A DNA stretch of 64,000 bases. It comes from Tubulanus polymorphus. Lineage: Eukaryota > Animalia > Nemertea. The notes under the pieces were generated by a model. The model was not told where the DNA came from, did no database searches, and saw nothing but the letters and a program-made list of their open reading frames with translations. How positions within the stretch are numbered: position 1 is the first letter of the stretch; each line of letters opens with the position of its first letter. Shown in pieces: positions 61,701 to 64,000 of the stretch. The stretch covers positions 7,401,950 to 7,465,949 of the forward strand of contig NC_134026.1 of NCBI RefSeq assembly GCF_964204645.1, in the 5' to 3' direction. A program made the translations under genes and the position numbers.

Positions 61701-63874
61701 AATACGGCTTATTCAGTGCACTCGAAAAACTGCGGCACTGGATTTCAAATCTAAATCCCCTGTTCTGCTCCTGGCAGGTGTGGGTGTGACAGAACTCTCT
61801 GCCCCTTCCCCTTATTAAACAATGCGTAATTCGAGAGAAAAATATCTATATGGTATTTCATATGGTATATTGTAGGATTCTTTATTTCAATCTTCAGGAT
61901 CTAGTTATGGACTGGGGTGGATAACACCCTCCTTTCCGCTATCCCCTCTCCGATATCCCCTCATCTCCCCCTGGATATATATGAAATTGCTGTGTTTCTA
62001 TTTCTAGGAATTCTTACAAACAAACCGTTGATATATTTTTGAATATTGCCGCTGCTATGGAGAATGGTGAATATGATTTCGATGGAACCAGAGACAAAAA
62101 GGTTTGTGTCCTTAAAAATCCTGGACCCAGATTTATAGACTGGTGTTAACTTTAACCCAGGGGCTAACTCAATTCATTTTCAATCGAGTTAGCCCCAGGG
62201 TTAAAGATAATACTAGTGTTTAAAACCAGCCCCTGAGGTTTGGTAATGACTCGAACACTGCAAGTTTACTAACAAAGAAAGGTGCCACCGTAATGAAAGC
62301 TGAAAGCAATAGAACTGCGTAAATATTCCTGATTGTGACACGAGTAGTTTGATATGTTTGAGTGTTTACGTATTTTGTAGCCGGCTGCTCCTGTGATGTC
62401 ACGAGCGATGACCATTAAATCGGAAATGTCTGAAGCTGAAAACGTTCGTTTCAAATTCGAATCGAAAGAAGACGATTTGAAAGAATTACGAAAACAACTT
62501 AAAATGAAAGTAAGAAGAAATCGGCGCCTGAATCAAATAACACCTCAGTTCTCTGGATTCAGTTCCACAGTTGTGAGGTAGAGTTAACTCTGCTCAGTTA
62601 AAATCAATTCATTTTCTTTGAGTTAACTCTGGTGTCTAATCTTAACCATGGAACTGGATCCTGAATTTCATCCCCAAATGTTTGCAATAATAGTTGTCTG
62701 GGTGAAAATTGTACTTAAAGTCTATCAGTTGATGATAGTTATTTAACCCTTTCAGTGCTGACTAATCAATACCCTATAGTAATTCCACCCTAGTGTGTTG
62801 AATAATGGGAATATCACTATAGTGCGTCTAGCAGTGTATTGTTAGTTACTAATATTTCACTATGTTTGAAAGGTGCTGCCATCTTTCAATAGAGATAAAA
62901 ACTAATTATTGATTACATCAATACACCGCAGTGCGGTGTACTAGCAAAATCCATCACCGATTCGTACACCGCACTGCGGTATAGACGCACTGAAAGGGTT
63001 GATTTACTATTTTGAAGGAAATACACAAATTCAAAATGGAGGGACGCATGAAGATAAGATTTTCATGCCACCCTCATTGTACACCCGATTACGCTCTCTT
63101 TCTCACCACATTACCATTTCTTCATGTTGTTTGAATGTTCTTCCTGTTGACTCATGAAATGCTTTTTAATAATGTTCTGTAGCAAGAGGAATTGAGTGAA
63201 ATGCAGGTTAGACTCGGACTGACGGAGAAAAAATTGGAGAATTCCACACGAGATGCGGATGAAAGAGTCGATAAAGTTCAGCGTAGACTCGACGAGGCTT
63301 TACAACAACTGAAGAAGAAAGAAAAGTAAGTAACATTTCTAAATTCAGACTCAGTTCCACAGTTGTCAGTTTGACAGTTATAAGCAACGAGGATGTAGAA
63401 CTATGGAAACTGGGTCCCGGTTAAGTTTCTTAACCCAAGAGATAGAAATAGAAGGATATTTCATGCTTTATCCTATCTATAAGGTATCCCTTAAATCAGA
63501 TTTCACCAGTCTTAGAGATACATTTCTCAGACTTCCATAGTGTTGCTACCATACTGCTATGAGATACATGTATCTCAATACTTCAGCATCTTCTCAGCAT
63601 GTTGTTTACGGTTTCATATCTAGCACTCTGGCAATGAGGATTACACAGTTCCTGATTGGCTGAGACGGTGGACGCCTTCAAAGGTGATGGGTCAATTCTA
63701 AATTGTTTTGTTTGTATTGTAGGGAATTTGAAGAGACTATGGATGCTCTACAGGCCGATATCGATGCTTTAGAACATGAGAAATCCGAATTAAAAGATCG
63801 TCTAAAAACGTTATCAAAGAAGTCATTATTGGAAGGATTAAGTCGTCAAGGAGGAATCACTACGGCAGTATCAG
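25767..63874 (+). CDS. DCTN1: Dynactin subunit 1 (p150Glued), 3'-incomplete in this window
   Basis: Exons 25767-25866, 25986-26101, 26593-26752, 50676-50899, 52376-52567, 53254-53433, 53909-54005, 54079-54157, 55190-55454, 56107-56208, 56309-56398, 56617-56733, 57222-57535, 58137-58305, 58820-59101, 59538-59640, 61585-61684, 62008-62101, 62381-62509, 63183-63325, 63723-63874. Motifs: CAP-Gly ([17 protein letters not shown]...GIFVRQSQ), [53 protein letters not shown]. Confidence 0.96.
27036..27196. mobile_element. Tc1/mariner-type MITE
   Basis: GTAGACTCCG..CTCAAGTCGGAT / ATCTGACTCGAGCGGAGTCTACTG|TA. Another degenerate element lies at ~22786-22982. Confidence 0.6.
27471..27503 (+). CDS. Candidate 33-nt alternative DCTN1 exon (basic peptide [11 protein letters not shown])
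   Basis: ttgtag|AGAAGG...TTCAGAA|gtaagt has a consensus donor. Its phase 1-1 matches the flanking exons (26752 and 50676) and it has no stop. Confidence 0.55.
29150..29455. mobile_element. hAT-like MITE (CAGGG ends, TCAGGGAA internal repeats)
   Basis: CAGGGTGGC ... GCCACCCCG ends; related fragments at ~8580-8725 and ~31063-31128. Confidence 0.6.
29628..29741. mobile_element. Representative of a very abundant ~110-bp palindromic MITE (GGATCCAGTTCCACAGTT ... AACTGTGGAACTGGATCC)
   Basis: Related copies at ~6140, 18470, 27252, 35914, 53707, 56826, 57712, 62555 and 63348. A sister family GGGGCCAGTTGC...GCAACTGGCCCC occurs at ~18102, 18586, 21555 and 33647-34053. Confidence 0.8.
29909..32794 (-). 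mobile_element. Internally deleted CACTA/EnSpm (CMC) DNA transposon
   Basis: Ends TA|CACTATTAGAAA ... TTTTTAACAGTG|TA (imperfect TIR, TA duplication). A long subterminal foldback lies at ~29921-30095 and both ends have tgtaaa/ttacaa subterminal repeats. It carries an orphan terminal exon at 31550-31424. Confidence 0.7.
31424..31550 (-). pseudogene. Orphan last exon of an EnSpm accessory (SAMD3-like) gene
   Basis: Acceptor tttcttacag| then [41 protein letters not shown]. From memory this resembles the QRCxxxINPxxGxK...VxPxxxxLxxxL...W C-terminus of metazoan EnSpm-associated proteins; not search-verified. Confidence 0.55.
34222..35605 (-). CDS. C-type lectin domain protein (perlucin-like, QPD/WND), nested antisense in a DCTN1 intron; 5' exon(s) unresolved
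   Basis: Exons 35605-35414 and 34472-34222 join in phase 1: [15 protein letters not shown]...[10 protein letters not shown]...FWIGGND...EGEWRW...NWYHGQPDN...EHC...WNDQPC...FICE. All CTLD cysteines are present. Confidence 0.92.
34647..34693 (+). ncRNA. Penelope-type minimal (type I) hammerhead ribozyme motif
   Basis: TTATTC-CTGAAGA-T-GATTAT[TAGGAT]ATAGTC-GAAA-CGTT-GAAATAA: CUGANGA and GAAA cores, a 6-bp stem II with one G-U pair, palindromic AACGTT, and an imperfect stem I overlapping AATAAA. Confidence 0.55.
39536..40480. repeat. ~25-28-bp minisatellite (AAGTAACTGTCTATCTGTCTATGAC)
   Basis: Direct tandem array with a higher-order block repeated in the distal half. Confidence 0.95.
43861..44215. 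repeat. 39-bp GC-rich minisatellite, 9 units
   Basis: Unit GGACCCTCAGCCAGTCGGCTAGCAGGAACTCTCCCCCAA. Confidence 0.95.
45049..45403. mobile_element. P-element-like foldback MITE with 7-bp TSD
   Basis: AATTATA|CATAGAACTAT ... ATAGTTCTATG|AATTATA. It is absent from the paralogous site (~47605-47620) of the GPCR duplication. Confidence 0.8.
45585..46538 (-). CDS. Intronless class A (rhodopsin-like) orphan GPCR, peptide-receptor-like, copy 1
   Basis: 317-aa ORF with seven hydrophobic segments, GN (TM1), LSLCD (TM2), Cys at the top of TM3, LERA in place of DRY, LP (TM5), ILP (TM6) and NYALNFYTY (TM7). Confidence 0.9.
   Translation of the reverse strand: MNSTQMQIGRTYNSYMVIMSVVNKSGIYIVTVSLVILPVVFLFGAFGNPATFLIMISRRFRSLSYANYLIALSLCDFTYCINFTLMPVLQFVLFHVKDGPIFIMNSMISCKIYEFIMDFACSNSSWLIVAITLERAAVVLFPFTSRLICTPRFARFVILIITAVNALFLYFSPILSIHFTNQFFGCYYELFDQITYFVVFVIHVYVLPLTLILTSNCVIIIQLFRGSKMVSSDQKTTKSKRTTIMLVTVSLAFATFILPSAFTSMLPISPDRKEFLHDIFHQIHVCNYALNFYTYLLLGREIREYFCMKMRCRRSDK
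47015..47263. mobile_element. Unclassified MITE with GGTAAAAATCCCC terminal repeats
   Basis: Tandem GGTAAAAATCCCC at the left and its reverse complement at the right, flanked by AGGA on both sides. Confidence 0.65.
47902..48852 (-). CDS. Intronless class A orphan GPCR, copy 2 (tandem paralog)
   Basis: Same motifs as copy 1. The start is placed at MNSTQ (48852) by alignment with copy 1; an upstream in-frame ATG at 48945 is also possible. Confidence 0.9.
   Translation of the reverse strand: MNSTQMQIARAYTSNIVIMSLVNKSGIYRTVSLVILPTLFFLGAFGNSATFLLMISRRFRSLSYANYLIVLSLSDFTFCINITLMPVLQFVLLHVKNGPIFMMNSLISCQINGFVMVLACSNSTWLLVAISLERAAVVLFPFTSRLICTPRFARFVILMITTMNILVVNLLQALVMNFTDQFFGCYYKLSDQITLFAVFVIHVFVLPLSLILTSNTVIIVQLFRGSKMVSSDQKTTKSKRTTIMLVTVSLAFAIFTLPSTIITFLPISPEKTDFLYDMFTQFEMCNYVVNFYIYLLLGREIREYFCMKIRCRNSVK
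51068..51361. mobile_element. piggyBac-type MITE, family A (diverged copy)
   Basis: TTAA|CCCTTTCGGTGC ... GCACTGAAAGGG|TTGA, with the same internal sequence. Confidence 0.85.
51415..52015 (-). mobile_element. Non-autonomous piggyBac deletion derivative retaining a probable transposase N-terminus
   Basis: TTAA|CCCTTTCGCTACGT ... ACGTAGCAAAAGGG|TTAA. A minus-strand ATG at 51776 gives [45 protein letters not shown], a basic start followed by an acidic tract as in piggyBac transposases. Confidence 0.75.
57753..58049. mobile_element. piggyBac-type MITE, family A
   Basis: Perfect TTAA TSDs and CCCTTTCAGTGC TIRs. It is inserted inside a CCAGTTCCACAGTT-type MITE (~57712-58087). Confidence 0.9.
58357..58775. 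repeat. Degenerate ~20-bp GATATC-rich minisatellite (second array at ~60640-61200)
   Basis: Repeated GGGATATTGCGATATCTCAT-like units. Confidence 0.85.
60018..60038 (+). CDS. Candidate 21-nt DCTN1 microexon (EGAHSSK)
   Basis: ttttgcccacag|AGGGAGCTCACTCTAGTAAAG|gtacca: phase 1-1, in frame between the exons ending 59640 and starting 61585. Confidence 0.45.
60554..60568 (+). CDS. Candidate 15-nt DCTN1 microexon (ATSFD)
   Basis: tgcatgcttgcttttgatattctgattttag|CGACATCCTTTGATG|gtagga: phase 1-1, in frame. Confidence 0.5.
62743..63002. mobile_element. piggyBac-type MITE, family A (internal deletions)
   Basis: TTAA|CCCTTTCAGTGC ... GCACTGAAAGGG|TTGA. Confidence 0.85.
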
Positions 63875-64000
63875 GTCAGTTCAATATCAATCAGGACTTG
63901 TGTTCCACAAATCAGGATCCATTTCTACAGTTCTGGATCCAGTTCCATAGTTCAGGATCCAGATCCACAGTTCAGTATCCAGTTCCACAATTCAGGATCC

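Overview
AT-rich, intron-rich eukaryotic DNA from an invertebrate animal (probably a lophotrochozoan; inference). Five spliced genes can be rebuilt by hand from GT-AG junctions: COX6A (+), a BDH1/RDH-like short-chain dehydrogenase (-), a complete Janus kinase (-), a C-type lectin (-, 5' end unresolved) and dynactin p150/DCTN1 (+, runs off the right edge). JAK and DCTN1 are head-to-head. The ~24-kb DCTN1 intron after the CAP-Gly/basic region holds antisense nested genes (the C-type lectin and two tandem intronless class-A GPCRs), an internally deleted CACTA/EnSpm element, candidate microexons and candidate alternative first exons. Introns carry many MITEs (piggyBac, Tc1/mariner, hAT, Harbinger and P-like), an L2 LINE fragment, tRNA-derived SINE relics and minisatellites. 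The most unusual signals are: (1) at least four introns whose 3' splice site plus exon start is copied upstream as decoy acceptors; (2) in-frame DCTN1 microexons with TGC/TGCATG signatures; (3) Penelope-type minimal hammerhead ribozyme motifs; (4) a GPCR pair diverging mainly on the extracellular/ligand side; (5) a JAK with a ~170-aa insert between JH2 and JH1. No CRISPR, rRNA or intact tRNA is seen. All coordinates were counted by hand and may be off by a base or two; no database search was run.
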